A stretch of DNA of 64,000 nucleotides from Planctomycetota bacterium (GCA_044222185.1 JBGANV010000001.1:1248001-1312000); one strand, 5' to 3'; shown: positions 1 to 9,625, numbered from the stretch's first letter. Translations and numbers: made by a program. The notes: generated by a model not told the origin, from the letters alone.

Positions 1-117
1 ATCGACTCCGGCCCCAAGGTGCCATGGCAGTACGTCATCGACGTGATGAACATGTGCCAGGAGCAACGGATCAACAAGATCGAGTTCGCGTTCGGCACCC
101 AGCACAAAGGTGGGTAG
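1..117 (+). CDS. ExbD/TolR family biopolymer transport protein, C-terminal fragment (5' end outside window)
   Basis: Frame 1 reads IDSGPKVPWQYVIDVMNMCQEQRINKIEFAFGTQHKGG*, matching the ExbD/TolR C-terminal pattern D..VP(Y/W)..V..VM........I.F. Confidence 0.7.
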   Translation: MDSGPKVPWQYVIDVMNMCQEQRINKIEFAFGTQHKGG

Positions 118-141
118 GACGCGAAGGACCTGACGCGTCCC

Positions 142-1023
142 ATGCCCTACATGCGCGCGAGGCTCCGCCACCCGCTCTACCGTCCAATGGGGACGGAGCC
201 GCCCAAACCCTTTCTGAAGACTCCTGAAGGCAAGCGCATCACCATCTTCGGGTTTGGATTCGCCGCGCTGATCGCAACGCTCCTGAGCGGCGTGAAACAC
301 CCGTCGGCTCAGGAGACACGGCAAACCGACTCGCAGCCGACGTCGCGTCCCGTGACGGTGCTCGCGCATCCCCCCGCGACGTTCATCCCGGCCTCGGTGC
401 TTCACGTCATCCGGGCCGTCCAGGACGAGACCGAAGAACCGTCCGAGGCGGCGCGGGCCGCGGTGCTGAAGTGGCTCTACCCCACCGCGGGGCCCGAGTC
501 CGGGCCCACGGAGCTCCCACCAACTCTGAATCCGACGGAACTGGCGATCGACGAGGCCCGTGCGTTTCCGGACGCGTTCCGCGGCGGTCACGTGCGTACG
601 CGCGGCCAGGTCATTCGGGTGCGAACCTACGACTCGGACCGCGTCCCCGGCGAGCGGATCTATCGCGGATACCTCGTCCAGGACCCGCGCGCGGCCGGCG
701 TGATGTTCGACACGATCAACCCGCTTCCGGGTGACAAGTTCGAGAAGCTCGACCCCATCGAGATCGAGGGCGTATTCGTCCAGAACATTCGCTACGAAGC
801 GGTGAACGGCAAGTTCCAAACGGTCCCCTACATCGTCGCCACGTCGATGAGGGTCGCGCGGCCTGAGACGCCGCACAGTTTGTGGCAGAACCCACTCGTG
901 CTCCTCATGATGGTTGCCATCGTCCTGTTCGGATTGGCAGCCTGGCTCATAATCCAGCGAAGACTCCGAAGGGACATCCCGCCGCCGGGCTTCCGCGCGC
1001 GTCGTCCCGGTCCCGGGAGATGA
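142..1023 (+). CDS. Hypothetical membrane protein with N- and C-terminal TM helices and a periplasmic OB-like beta domain
   Basis: TMs ITIFGFGFAALIATLL and PLVLLMMVAIVLFGLAAWLII; FRGGHVRTRGQV...IEIEGVF beta pattern; start could be ATG 187. Confidence 0.7.
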   Translation: MPYMRARLRHPLYRPMGTEPPKPFLKTPEGKRITIFGFGFAALIATLLSGVKHPSAQETRQTDSQPTSRPVTVLAHPPATFIPASVLHVIRAVQDETEEPSEAARAAVLKWLYPTAGPESGPTELPPTLNPTELAIDEARAFPDAFRGGHVRTRGQVIRVRTYDSDRVPGERIYRGYLVQDPRAAGVMFDTINPLPGDKFEKLDPIEIEGVFVQNIRYEAVNGKFQTVPYIVATSMRVARPETPHSLWQNPLVLLMMVAIVLFGLAAWLIIQRRLRRDIPPPGFRARRPGPGR

Positions 1024-2606
1024 AAGACATCATGCAAACGTGCAACCTTTGTGGCTCAGCGATTTCCCCCGAGATTGGACCGCCGGTTCTTGCGCAGCAA
1101 GGACAGGTCGTCTGCCAACCCTGCTGGAAGAAGTCCGGCGCCGCGGCCCCGGCCGCACAGCGGCGCCCCGTGACGGCCTCGCGCACCGCCGCCGTCACCG
1201 GGTCGGCGCGTCCGGCGACCGGTTCGTCGCGCCGGACCGGCGCAACGCCAGCTCCGTCGGCAGCACGCGCGGGCCGCACCACCGGTTCCTCGCGGACCGC
1301 GGCGCCCGCACCCCGCGCGGCCGAGGCCGCGGAGGAAGGCGGCGAAACGAACGTCGCGCGTCACATGACGACGCGGTCACAGGAGATCATCCAGGTCGGC
1401 TCGACCGGCCTCGGCCGTCACGCCCAGAAGATCGTGATGATCGTCATGGGCGTCCTCGTGATCGCGGCCGGCATCCTGTTCATGGTGAACAAGAACAAGA
1501 AGGCCGCCGAGGCGGAGGAAACCGCTCGCATCCTGAAGGAAGCCGATGACGGCATCTCTGCGATCGTGACGGCGGTCCAGAAGTACCCCGAGGACTTCAA
1601 GCGTCAGCTCGAAGTGGTCTCGAGCGTCCGCGACGCCGTGAACAAGCTCCAGGACGCCGATCACAAGGGCAAGCTGATCAACCTGGAGAACGAGATCCGC
1701 ACGAAGCAGACCGCGGCCAAGACGTCACAGGAGGCCATGGACCTCCTGACCTCGGCGGAAGCGGACGTGCAGGATCCGAACAAGCTCGACTCGGTCAAGG
1801 CCAAGATGAACTCGCTCGAGATCCGCGCCAACACCATGGGCAAGGAGTACGGCGAGCGCGTGAAGAAGATCAAAGAGGCCTACAGCCTCATGAGCGTGAA
1901 GAAGTTCGCCGACACTGCCCGTGCCACGAAGGACGGGGACATCTCGAGCGCGCTCAACGCCTACGACACCGCGATCCGTTCGATCTACGACCTCGTCGAG
2001 AAGCTGCCGAAGCCGCCGCCCGAGATGATCGAGATCTTCAAGGCTGTCCTCGGAGAGTCCGACGCCCTCGTCGAGAAGCTCGTGACGCCTGAGTACGAGG
2101 CGAAGATCCCCGAGCGCGACCTCCTCTCCCCCAAGGAGAAGTCCGTTTGGGGCAACAGCGATGGCATCAAGTGGGAGTTGAAGGGCAAGGAGATGGTGGT
2201 CGAAGGCGTCGAAGTCCCCGGCCGAAAGATCGTCGGCGTGTTCTCCGCGATCCCGCCCGTGGCGGAGATGTGGCAGGACATCATCCTGGACGTCGAGTTC
2301 ACGATCACCGCCGGCGACAGCTTCACGTCGATGTACCGGTACCTGCCTGGAAAGAAGGCCTATGAACTGGGGTACAAGGTCGACCCGAACACGGGCTTCC
2401 AACTGAACAAGAACTACCACCAGATCATCCGCGTCGTCGGAAGCTCGTTCACCCAGAAGGAGTCGGGCAATCCGGATCAGTCCGACAAGCTCGGGTTCTC
2501 CGTCAGCCGCACGGGCGGGATCGGCTTCGCACTGAAGCCCGGCACCAAGATGGTCTTCTCGACCTTCAAGGTGAAGGTCCTCCGCACGACGGCCGGAGTG
2601 AAGTGA
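1020..2606 (+). CDS. Bitopic membrane protein: N-terminal CxxC-x20-CxxC zinc ribbon, disordered linker, TM, periplasmic coiled coil, C-terminal beta-sandwich
   Basis: ATGA overlap with upstream stop (alternative ATG 1032); CNLC...CQPC; TM IVMIVMGVLVIAAGILFMV; K/E-rich helical region; strong GC3 bias. Confidence 0.75.
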   Translation: MKDIMQTCNLCGSAISPEIGPPVLAQQGQVVCQPCWKKSGAAAPAAQRRPVTASRTAAVTGSARPATGSSRRTGATPAPSAARAGRTTGSSRTAAPAPRAAEAAEEGGETNVARHMTTRSQEIIQVGSTGLGRHAQKIVMIVMGVLVIAAGILFMVNKNKKAAEAEETARILKEADDGISAIVTAVQKYPEDFKRQLEVVSSVRDAVNKLQDADHKGKLINLENEIRTKQTAAKTSQEAMDLLTSAEADVQDPNKLDSVKAKMNSLEIRANTMGKEYGERVKKIKEAYSLMSVKKFADTARATKDGDISSALNAYDTAIRSIYDLVEKLPKPPPEMIEIFKAVLGESDALVEKLVTPEYEAKIPERDLLSPKEKSVWGNSDGIKWELKGKEMVVEGVEVPGRKIVGVFSAIPPVAEMWQDIILDVEFTITAGDSFTSMYRYLPGKKAYELGYKVDPNTGFQLNKNYHQIIRVVGSSFTQKESGNPDQSDKLGFSVSRTGGIGFALKPGTKMVFSTFKVKVLRTTAGVK

Positions 2607-2607
2607 G

Positions 2608-3639
2608 ATGCCGGCAGCTGCACCCTCGAAAGTCACGCCCGTCCAGTGGATGGTCGTCTGCGGAGTCGGCGTCCTGGTGCTCGTCGGCGGAGGATGGGTC
2701 ACCTACAAGATGATCATCGATCCGCCGCCGAAGATCGTCGAGAAGCCCTTCGTTCCGCCGGACCTGAAGATCAAGCGAAACCTCGCGCCCGAGAGCCAGG
2801 TGGCGCTCGCTCCGAAGCCGAAGCGGCTCTTCTATCAGTTCTTCGAGGCCGTGGGCGCCAACGATCGCAAGACGGTCGTGAAGTGCTGCGAGATCACCGA
2901 GGACAAGATCGACCTCATCCTCACGGAGGAGCGAGTCGCGATCATGAAGCTCGCTCGCGAGGGCCAGAAGTTCGCGATCGAGAAGGAAGAGATCAAGGAC
3001 GACACGGCGACCTACCAGGTCATGTTCCAGAACGTCAAAGGTCTGGACGTGATGGAGCTCCTGCTCACCATGAAGAAGAAGGGTGGGCCGGAGGACTGGC
3101 AGATCACGGACTTCCAGGACAAGTGGATGGCGGCCTCGGGGCACGTCGCCGAGAACAAGTTCGTCGCACTCGGCGCCGATCGAAAGTTCGCCATCGCGCC
3201 CAAGGTCGAGCGTGACTCGTTCAAGAAGATCCCCGAGGGTGAGCCGACCACCCTCGACTGGTTCCCGGAGACGACGGACGCCCAGAAGTCCGACATCGAG
3301 AAGCACCTGAAGGCGCTCGAGGACGAGAACAACCCCGCTCGCGCGACGGCCGCGTCCCAAGCGCTCATCCAGATGGGCAAGCTCCCGATCCCCCGCCTCT
3401 TGACCGAGCTCGGCAAGCTCGACCCCAAGAAGGAAGACGACAACAAGCGCGCCAACACGATCGACCGGACGCTCGCGGCCCTCACCGACCAGGAGATGGG
3501 ATACAACGTCAGCGAGATGAGCGAGCTCATCCCGCCGCTCGAAGCGCGCCGTCGCGCGATCCGTCGCTGGTTCGGTTGGTGGAAGCTCCACTCCGCCGAT
3601 CCGCTGCCCAAGCGCAACGCGCCCGCTGACGAGAAGTAG
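2608..3639 (+). CDS. Membrane-anchored protein with NTF2/DUF4878-like domain and HEAT-like C-terminal repeat
   Basis: N-terminal TM; ...IEKEEIKDDTATYQV...MKKKGGPEDWQI; C-terminal LAALTDQEMGY...RRAIRRWFGWW; starts 1 nt after previous stop. Confidence 0.7.
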   Translation: MPAAAPSKVTPVQWMVVCGVGVLVLVGGGWVTYKMIIDPPPKIVEKPFVPPDLKIKRNLAPESQVALAPKPKRLFYQFFEAVGANDRKTVVKCCEITEDKIDLILTEERVAIMKLAREGQKFAIEKEEIKDDTATYQVMFQNVKGLDVMELLLTMKKKGGPEDWQITDFQDKWMAASGHVAENKFVALGADRKFAIAPKVERDSFKKIPEGEPTTLDWFPETTDAQKSDIEKHLKALEDENNPARATAASQALIQMGKLPIPRLLTELGKLDPKKEDDNKRANTIDRTLAALTDQEMGYNVSEMSELIPPLEARRRAIRRWFGWWKLHSADPLPKRNAPADEK

Positions 3640-3650
3640 TTGCAGGAACG

Positions 3651-3686
3651 GCGAGGGCCGGTGCCGCTCGGCGCCGGCCCACTCGC
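3651..3686 (+). terminator. GC-rich stem-loop downstream of the ExbD operon
   Basis: GCGAG-GGCCGGTGCCG-CT-CGGCGCCGGCCC-A-CTCGC inverted repeat 12 nt after the stop; no U-tract. Confidence 0.4.
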
Positions 3687-3952
3687 GGCGCCCCCTGCCC
3701 TGGAGCCGGTCTTCGGGCGCGACGGCGCACGGCGTCCTGCGCACCGGACTCGCGCGCCACACCCCCCTGCCGTGTGCCCGTCCTCGCGGGAAGGAATGGC
3801 GCCCGCCGTGCGATTCCACGCGTCCCGGCGTTCGGATCGGCACGATTGCCGGCGCTTCACGTGGCGTACGAAGCCATCCGCCCCTGATGCTCCCGCTGCT
3901 TTCCCCGTGAATTCGCGGCGGCGACGCCGGTTGGCCTCATTCATCCATTTCG

Positions 3953-3968
3953 CGGCACGGGCATTGCA
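3953..3968 (+). promoter_or_regulatory. Sigma54 (-24/-12) promoter candidate upstream of the 4326 lipoprotein
   Basis: CGGCACGGGCATTGCA versus consensus TGGCACG-N4-TTGCW; exact GG-N10-GC spacing. Confidence 0.6.
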
Positions 3969-4325
3969 GGCCAAATGCCACGTGCAAACCGGGTGACCCT
4001 TCACACTCGGCGGCTTGGCAGGCAGGTGTTGGCCTCGGGGCGTTCGGAGCCGAGGCCAAAGAGAGCGAGCGGGTGCGCCGGGTGGCCATTGGCATCTTCG
4101 CTTCCAGGGGAATCCGACCTCGCCCGCGTGTGACCGATCCGTGGGACGATCCCCGTCCGAGCGCATCACGCCCGGACTGCACGGGACGAGACCCACGCGA
4201 GCTGTGCGATTGCAACGCCGCAGCTGCCCGACCCTGGCTGCGGTCGCACGATCGCAGATGAACATTCGGCCGGGATCCGAGGACGCGCGGCGTCGAGAGA
4301 CTGGAACTGACAGGAGACCCAACCG

Positions 4326-6923
4326 ATGCGGATGGAAATAGGACGCCTCGGCGCGTACTGCGCCGTGCTGCTTGCGATCGTCATGCTCTCAGCGTGCGGA
4401 GGATCGAACGGTCACGGAACAACGTCACAGATCCTGCGCATCTCGGTTCAGGCCACGGATCAGACGCTCTGGCCGGCCACCGCCGGCATGCCCTGCGTCT
4501 CGAACCTCCCGCTGACGACCGCCTTCGCACTCGACTTCAGCGACGCAGTCGACGCGTCGAGCCTGCCTGCGATCCACGCGGCAGGGCCAGTTTCCATCAC
4601 CCCGGCCCAAGCGGCCAGCGGTGCGGTGCTCGGCACCTTCCACGTGGTCGATGACCCGTCGCGGCCACCTGGGAACCGGGCTCGGGTGATCTTCGCCCCG
4701 CGATATCCGTCGACCCCGAGCAACGTCTGCTCGGGTGGGCTGACAGGCGGGACGACATACGACATCTCGGTCCCGAGCGGTTTGAACGGGAATGCGGTCG
4801 TCACGGTGAGTGGGCGTCCGCTCGAAAACTCGGCACAGGCGTGCTTCACGACCTGCCCCTGCGGCGTCAGCGGCGGCCCGTGCAACCCGATCACGGACCC
4901 CGTCCCCGGCGACGCTCACGTGATCGGCACGCTTCCGGCCACATCCGATCCGGCCCCGCCGGCCATCTCGGCTTGCAGCATCGGCAACGACGTCGTGGTC
5001 GTGCTGATCGACGAGCCGCTCGACCCGGCAACGCTGACGGCAGCGAGCGTCCGCATCCTGGACGTCGCCACGCAGGCCGTGATCCCTGGCACGCTCTACC
5101 TCATGCAGGGCGATCCCTTCGGCGGGACGGCTTCCGCCACGCGCCTCGAGTTCACGGCACGGCACCATCTCGCCGCGGGCCGCACCTTCGAGATCGTCAT
5201 CGGGCCCGAGGTCCGCGACTTCGGCGGCAACCCGATCCAGACGTCCGTCTCGGGTCCCCCTGGCGCGCATCTCTACTTCGCCACGTCGCCCGGCGCCCCG
5301 CTCGCCCAGGCGCCGATCACGGAGTCGTTCGCCGATACCGGCGGGCTGGCGACTCAGTCCGGCAACATCGCGTGGGATGGCTCGGGCACCGCGCACGCGA
5401 CGCTGCCGACGGCCGTGATCGGCGACGGCAGCGACGGGGCATTCGTCGCCAGCGCGAACGTGACACTCGATACGGGCGTGCCAGCGTCGCGGCATGGCGT
5501 GTTCAACTTCACGACGTTCACCGTCGCCGCGGGCGTCACCGTGCGCGTCGTCGGCCCCTATCCCTGCCACATTCGCTGCCAGGGTGACGTGAGCGTCGAC
5601 GGCATCCTCGACGTTCGCGCCGGCACCAGCGCCTCGGCGCCGTTGGGCTCGCCGGACCAGGCGGCGAAGGCCGGCCTCCTGAACAACGGCGGCGGCCTGG
5701 GCTGCGTCGCGGCGGGCGGCGTAGGTGGCGCCGGAGGCGGCGCGGGAGGGGCTGGATCCCCGGGAACTTGCAACGTTCGGGCGGCGACGGGCGAGAATGG
5801 CTACGGCCCGACGATCGACGGCGCCCCCAATCCCGGTGTTCCCGGGAACGCGACGTACGCGGGTGGCGTCGGCGGCGACTCTGGTTGTTTCCCCGTGGTC
5901 AGCGGCTGCACGCTCGGCGACCTCGGCGGCCTCGGTGGCGCTGGCGGGACGGCGGCGACGGTGGGAGCCGACGGACTTCCGCACGTGAACTCCGTTGCAT
6001 GCCCGCTGCAGACGATCCCGACTCAGCAGCCGATCGCGCATGCGTCGCCCGTCGTCGCTTCGTTCATACCTCCCGTCAGCCTGCTGTCTGCAGGCTCCGG
6101 CGGTGGTGGCGGCGGCGATCACACGGAGACGATCCTCACCCCTCCTGCCGCTGATGACCAGGGCGGTGGCGGCGGCGGCGGCGGCGGCGGAATCCGGATC
6201 ACGAGCGGTGGGAACTTCGTCCAGGGTGGGACCGGACGGATCCTCTGCAGTGGCGGATCCGGCAACATCGGGGCGGTGTTCGGGGGTTCTGGCGGTTCCG
6301 GCTCTGGTGGGGAGATCTGGATCCAGGCGCTCGGCAGCGTCTCCTTGGCGACGACCGCGATCCTGGACGTCGACGGACCCCCGCGCCCGGCCGTCGGCGT
6401 GAACATGTTCGGATGTTCGAACCAGGCGTCGGGCGACGGCGGCGACGGACTCGTGCAGATCGAATACGGCGCCGGCACTGCGCCAAGCGGGTTCGTCACG
6501 AACCCGCCCGCGGCATCGAGCCTCGTCGTGCTGTCGGTTCCGACAGCAGCCACGGTCGAGGGCACGGCCTACTCGTCGTTCCGCCATAGCGGTGACTCGC
6601 TTCCCGATTACACGGGAGTCCTCGAGACGGTGAACCTGGGCACGGCCCCGGGCGCCGTCGTCGAGATCACCTACGAGGGCGCGCACGAAGCGATCACGAG
6701 CAGCGCTGCGGCCCCGATCGCCGACCTCACTACGCTGAAGTCGACGGCCACGGGCGGCGGCCCGATCACGGCGTCGAACATCGACGAGTTGGACGGATTC
6801 GCATTCATCCGCTTCAGGGTGAGGATCGCATACGCGTCACCGCCTGCGACGCCAGCCTCGGCGACGCTTCCGTCCGTCGACGAGGTGAGCATCCTTTACG
6901 CCACCTCCATCGCGTGTCCGTGA
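4326..6923 (+). CDS. Large Gly/Cys-rich surface lipoprotein with SbsA/Big_5-like Ig domains and a glycine-rich region
   Basis: AGGAG RBS; lipobox LSAC; F(S)DAVDASS and IDEPLDPATL Ig-like motifs; GGGGG runs; C-terminal FIRFRVRI..LPSVDEVSI domain. Confidence 0.8.
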   Translation: MRMEIGRLGAYCAVLLAIVMLSACGGSNGHGTTSQILRISVQATDQTLWPATAGMPCVSNLPLTTAFALDFSDAVDASSLPAIHAAGPVSITPAQAASGAVLGTFHVVDDPSRPPGNRARVIFAPRYPSTPSNVCSGGLTGGTTYDISVPSGLNGNAVVTVSGRPLENSAQACFTTCPCGVSGGPCNPITDPVPGDAHVIGTLPATSDPAPPAISACSIGNDVVVVLIDEPLDPATLTAASVRILDVATQAVIPGTLYLMQGDPFGGTASATRLEFTARHHLAAGRTFEIVIGPEVRDFGGNPIQTSVSGPPGAHLYFATSPGAPLAQAPITESFADTGGLATQSGNIAWDGSGTAHATLPTAVIGDGSDGAFVASANVTLDTGVPASRHGVFNFTTFTVAAGVTVRVVGPYPCHIRCQGDVSVDGILDVRAGTSASAPLGSPDQAAKAGLLNNGGGLGCVAAGGVGGAGGGAGGAGSPGTCNVRAATGENGYGPTIDGAPNPGVPGNATYAGGVGGDSGCFPVVSGCTLGDLGGLGGAGGTAATVGADGLPHVNSVACPLQTIPTQQPIAHASPVVASFIPPVSLLSAGSGGGGGGDHTETILTPPAADDQGGGGGGGGGGIRITSGGNFVQGGTGRILCSGGSGNIGAVFGGSGGSGSGGEIWIQALGSVSLATTAILDVDGPPRPAVGVNMFGCSNQASGDGGDGLVQIEYGAGTAPSGFVTNPPAASSLVVLSVPTAATVEGTAYSSFRHSGDSLPDYTGVLETVNLGTAPGAVVEITYEGAHEAITSSAAAPIADLTTLKSTATGGGPITASNIDELDGFAFIRFRVRIAYASPPATPASATLPSVDEVSILYATSIACP

Positions 6924-6942
6924 GACCGATGGGTCCGCCCGT

Positions 6943-6960
6943 GGGTCGCCTCGGCGACCC
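6943..6960. terminator. Hairpin between convergent genes
   Basis: GGGTCGCC-TC-GGCGACCC perfect inverted repeat. Confidence 0.4.
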
Positions 6961-6978
6961 CGGACGGTGCCGGCGCTT

Positions 6979-9048
6979 TCACCCCTTCTTCGGACCGCCC
7001 AGGTGCTCCTGGATCGCCCGCCACATCAGCCGGTGCATGTGCTGGTATTGGGCCTGGCTGCCGACGCCGTGGCGGGACTTCGGATAGAGCATCATCTCGA
7101 AGTCCTTGCCCCGGCGTTCGAGCTCGTAGACGAATCGAATCGTGTTCTGAAGGTGAACGTTGTCATCCATCGTGCCGTGCAGGAGCACGAGGTGGCCCTT
7201 CAGGTTCTTGGCGGCGTTCAGGCACGAGGTCTTCTCGTAGCCTTCCTTGTTCGCCTGTGGGCGATCCATGTACCGCTCGGTGTAGATCGTGTCGTAGAGC
7301 CGCCAGTCGTAGACGCCGGCGCCGGCAATCCCGAGAGCGAAAGCCTCGCTGTGCGTGAGGGCGAACGCGGTCATGAATCCGCCGTAGCTCCAGCCCGTGA
7401 TGCCGACTCGCTTGGCATCCGCCCACGGGTTCTTGCACAGCCAGGCGATTGCGTCCTCGAGGTCCTGCAGCTCCTGGATGCCGAACTGCTTGTAGCAGCT
7501 CGCCGTGTACGACTGCCCCTTGCCGCTGGCCGATCGCACGTTCACCTGGAACACGATGTAGCCCTGCTGCGCGAGGAACTGCTCCCACGGTGAGGGACCC
7601 CACCGGTTCGTGACACTCGGCGTGTCGGGCCCCGAGTACGTATCGATCCAGATCGCGTGCTTCGCGTCCTTGTCCATGTCCGGTGGCTTCGTGACCACCG
7701 CGTCGAGCATCACGCCATCACGGGTCGGAATCTCGACGAGCTCGGTCGTCGCGAATGCCGATTGTTCGATCCCCGGGACGGTCGCCTTCGCCAGGACCTT
7801 CACGACGCTCCCATCGTCTCGACACAGCCGTTGCTCGGGCGGCGCGCTCACGGAGGAGACCGTGTCCAGGAAGTACGTGCCGTCCCCGTTCAGCGTCGTG
7901 CGGTGGGACCCCCGTCCCTGCGTCATGCGAACGACGTCGCCGCCGGCGAGGGGAACGCGATAGAGGTTCGAATCCACGGCGCCGTCCTTCGTCGAGGTGA
8001 AGAAGATCATCGCCTTCTTCTCGTCGACCCTCACGACGTCCTTCACGGCCCATTCGCCCTTCGTGATCGTGGTTCGAAGCGTGCCGTCCGCGTCGTAGTG
8101 ATAGAGGTGGCGGAATCCCGTGCGATCGCTCTGCCAGAGGAACGAGCCGTCCTGGAGCCACTGGGGTTCCTCGATCACTTCGACCCAGCTCTTGCTGGTC
8201 TCGCGGAACAGCGCCTTGACCGCGCCGCTCTCCGGGTCGACGGAAGCCAGGTCCAACCAGGTCTGAATGCGATTCTGGATCTGGACCAGCGCTCGCTTGC
8301 CATCGGGCGTCCATCCGACGCGGACGAGGAGGATGTCCGGCTCGTACGCCGAGAGGTCGGCCCAGATCGTCTTCTTGGACGCGACGTCGTAGATGCCGAG
8401 TTTGGCCGTCGGGTTCGGGTCACCGGCCTTCGGGTACTTCGTCGTCTCGAGCTTCACGGTGCGATCGGTATCGAGCGACGCCGGCACGTGATCGACGACG
8501 GTGAAATCCTTCACCTCGGCCTCGTCCAAGCGGAGGAACGTGAGCCGGGTCGAGTCAGGCGACCACCAGAACGCCTTGAACTTGCCCCGCCCGTAGACTT
8601 CCTCCTGATAGACCCAGTCGAGGTATCCGTTGAAAACCGCCGGGCCGCCGTCGGTCGTCACCGGGACGTCCTTGCCGTCCGGGCCGGCGAGGATCAGGTT
8701 GTTCTCTCGGATGTACGCTTCGAGTTTCCCGTCGGCGCTCCGCTCGGCCAGCAGCCGATCGGACGCCTCGGGACGGCTCGCCGGAGCCGGAGCCGCATCG
8801 GTGCCTGGTTCGCCAGTCTTCCCGGTCGCGGGATCGAGCCAGAGCGTCTTGCCGCCCTCCTTCACGACGACGTGCACGCCGTCGGCGGCCCAGCGCGCGC
8901 CCGACAGACGACCCGCGAAACTCGGCGCCGGAGCGACGCCGATCGCCTGATCGAAGCTGAGCTTCGGGCGGTCCTGCGCGAGGAGCGGCGCCACGACCGC
9001 CGCAACGATCAGCACACCGTTCAGAAGACGTGAACACGAAGTCCGCAT
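6979..9048 (-). CDS. Secreted dipeptidyl-peptidase IV (S9B family)
   Basis: Signal peptide; DWVYQEEV, YPKAGDPNP, nucleophile GWSYGG, DDNVH and catalytic His (SRHG). Confidence 0.95.
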   Translation of the reverse strand: MRTSCSRLLNGVLIVAAVVAPLLAQDRPKLSFDQAIGVAPAPSFAGRLSGARWAADGVHVVVKEGGKTLWLDPATGKTGEPGTDAAPAPASRPEASDRLLAERSADGKLEAYIRENNLILAGPDGKDVPVTTDGGPAVFNGYLDWVYQEEVYGRGKFKAFWWSPDSTRLTFLRLDEAEVKDFTVVDHVPASLDTDRTVKLETTKYPKAGDPNPTAKLGIYDVASKKTIWADLSAYEPDILLVRVGWTPDGKRALVQIQNRIQTWLDLASVDPESGAVKALFRETSKSWVEVIEEPQWLQDGSFLWQSDRTGFRHLYHYDADGTLRTTITKGEWAVKDVVRVDEKKAMIFFTSTKDGAVDSNLYRVPLAGGDVVRMTQGRGSHRTTLNGDGTYFLDTVSSVSAPPEQRLCRDDGSVVKVLAKATVPGIEQSAFATTELVEIPTRDGVMLDAVVTKPPDMDKDAKHAIWIDTYSGPDTPSVTNRWGPSPWEQFLAQQGYIVFQVNVRSASGKGQSYTASCYKQFGIQELQDLEDAIAWLCKNPWADAKRVGITGWSYGGFMTAFALTHSEAFALGIAGAGVYDWRLYDTIYTERYMDRPQANKEGYEKTSCLNAAKNLKGHLVLLHGTMDDNVHLQNTIRFVYELERRGKDFEMMLYPKSRHGVGSQAQYQHMHRLMWRAIQEHLGGPKKG

Positions 9049-9108
9049 GCGATTCCTTTCGTCAGCTCCAGGTGTGACGGATTCGATGCCGAGTGGGCTC
9101 CCTCGTCA

Positions 9109-9621
9109 TCAGTCGGGATTGGAACGCGCCATGTGCGGCCGTACGGCCGCCAGGGTGTCCGAAATGGCTTCGAGCCATCGTTCGTCGCTTGCGCACCAAC
9201 GCTCCAGCAACGAGGAGAGGACGCCGTGCCGCTCGGCTGACACGGTCGATTCGGCGCCAGCCGCCGACGCCACGGGCCCTGCGATGAGCTCTATCGACTG
9301 GGAACGGAAGTGGCGAAAACGCGCCACGAGCTCCACCAGGTCACGGAACGACACGTCCAATGCCGGTGACGGTTCGGGAGCGACGAACGATGCCCCCTCG
9401 CCGGTTCCGACGACGTGACGAGCCTCGCGCCCGAACGTCTCGCGCTCGAGCGTACCCAGATCGGCGACGAGGCGCCTGATGCTCGGCCGTCCCGCAGGCG
9501 GTGTGATCAGGGACCACGCCTCCCTGCACTCCTTCAAGACCAGCTCGACCCGGTCCGGAGCCGCCTCGAGACGCCGCAGGCAACGCTTCAATCCCGCGGC
9601 CGGTGTGCCGCCGTCGACCAT
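9109..9621 (-). CDS. DinB/YfiT-like four-helix protein, apparently lacking metal-binding histidines
   Basis: P..G.(W)SI..LV.(H)L...E pattern present as PPAGRPSIRRLVADLGTLE; F...R helix; 4 nt after the ACAD stop. Confidence 0.5.
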   Translation of the reverse strand: MVDGGTPAAGLKRCLRRLEAAPDRVELVLKECREAWSLITPPAGRPSIRRLVADLGTLERETFGREARHVVGTGEGASFVAPEPSPALDVSFRDLVELVARFRHFRSQSIELIAGPVASAAGAESTVSAERHGVLSSLLERWCASDERWLEAISDTLAAVRPHMARSNPD

Positions 9622-9625
9622 CGTA

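Noticed and set aside
3984-4010. GCAAACC-GG-GTGA-CC resembling the start of a c-di-GMP-I riboswitch
   Set aside because: Stem only 2 bp and the downstream GACGCAAAG/P3 elements are missing
3640-4341. Short ORFs in the 690-bp intergenic region
   Set aside because: Arg/Pro-rich, no codon bias or RBS
6160-6192. (GGC)n tracts here and at ~58450-58480 as phase-variation microsatellites
   Set aside because: In-frame poly-Gly codons with synonymous interruptions; slippage would not shift the frame
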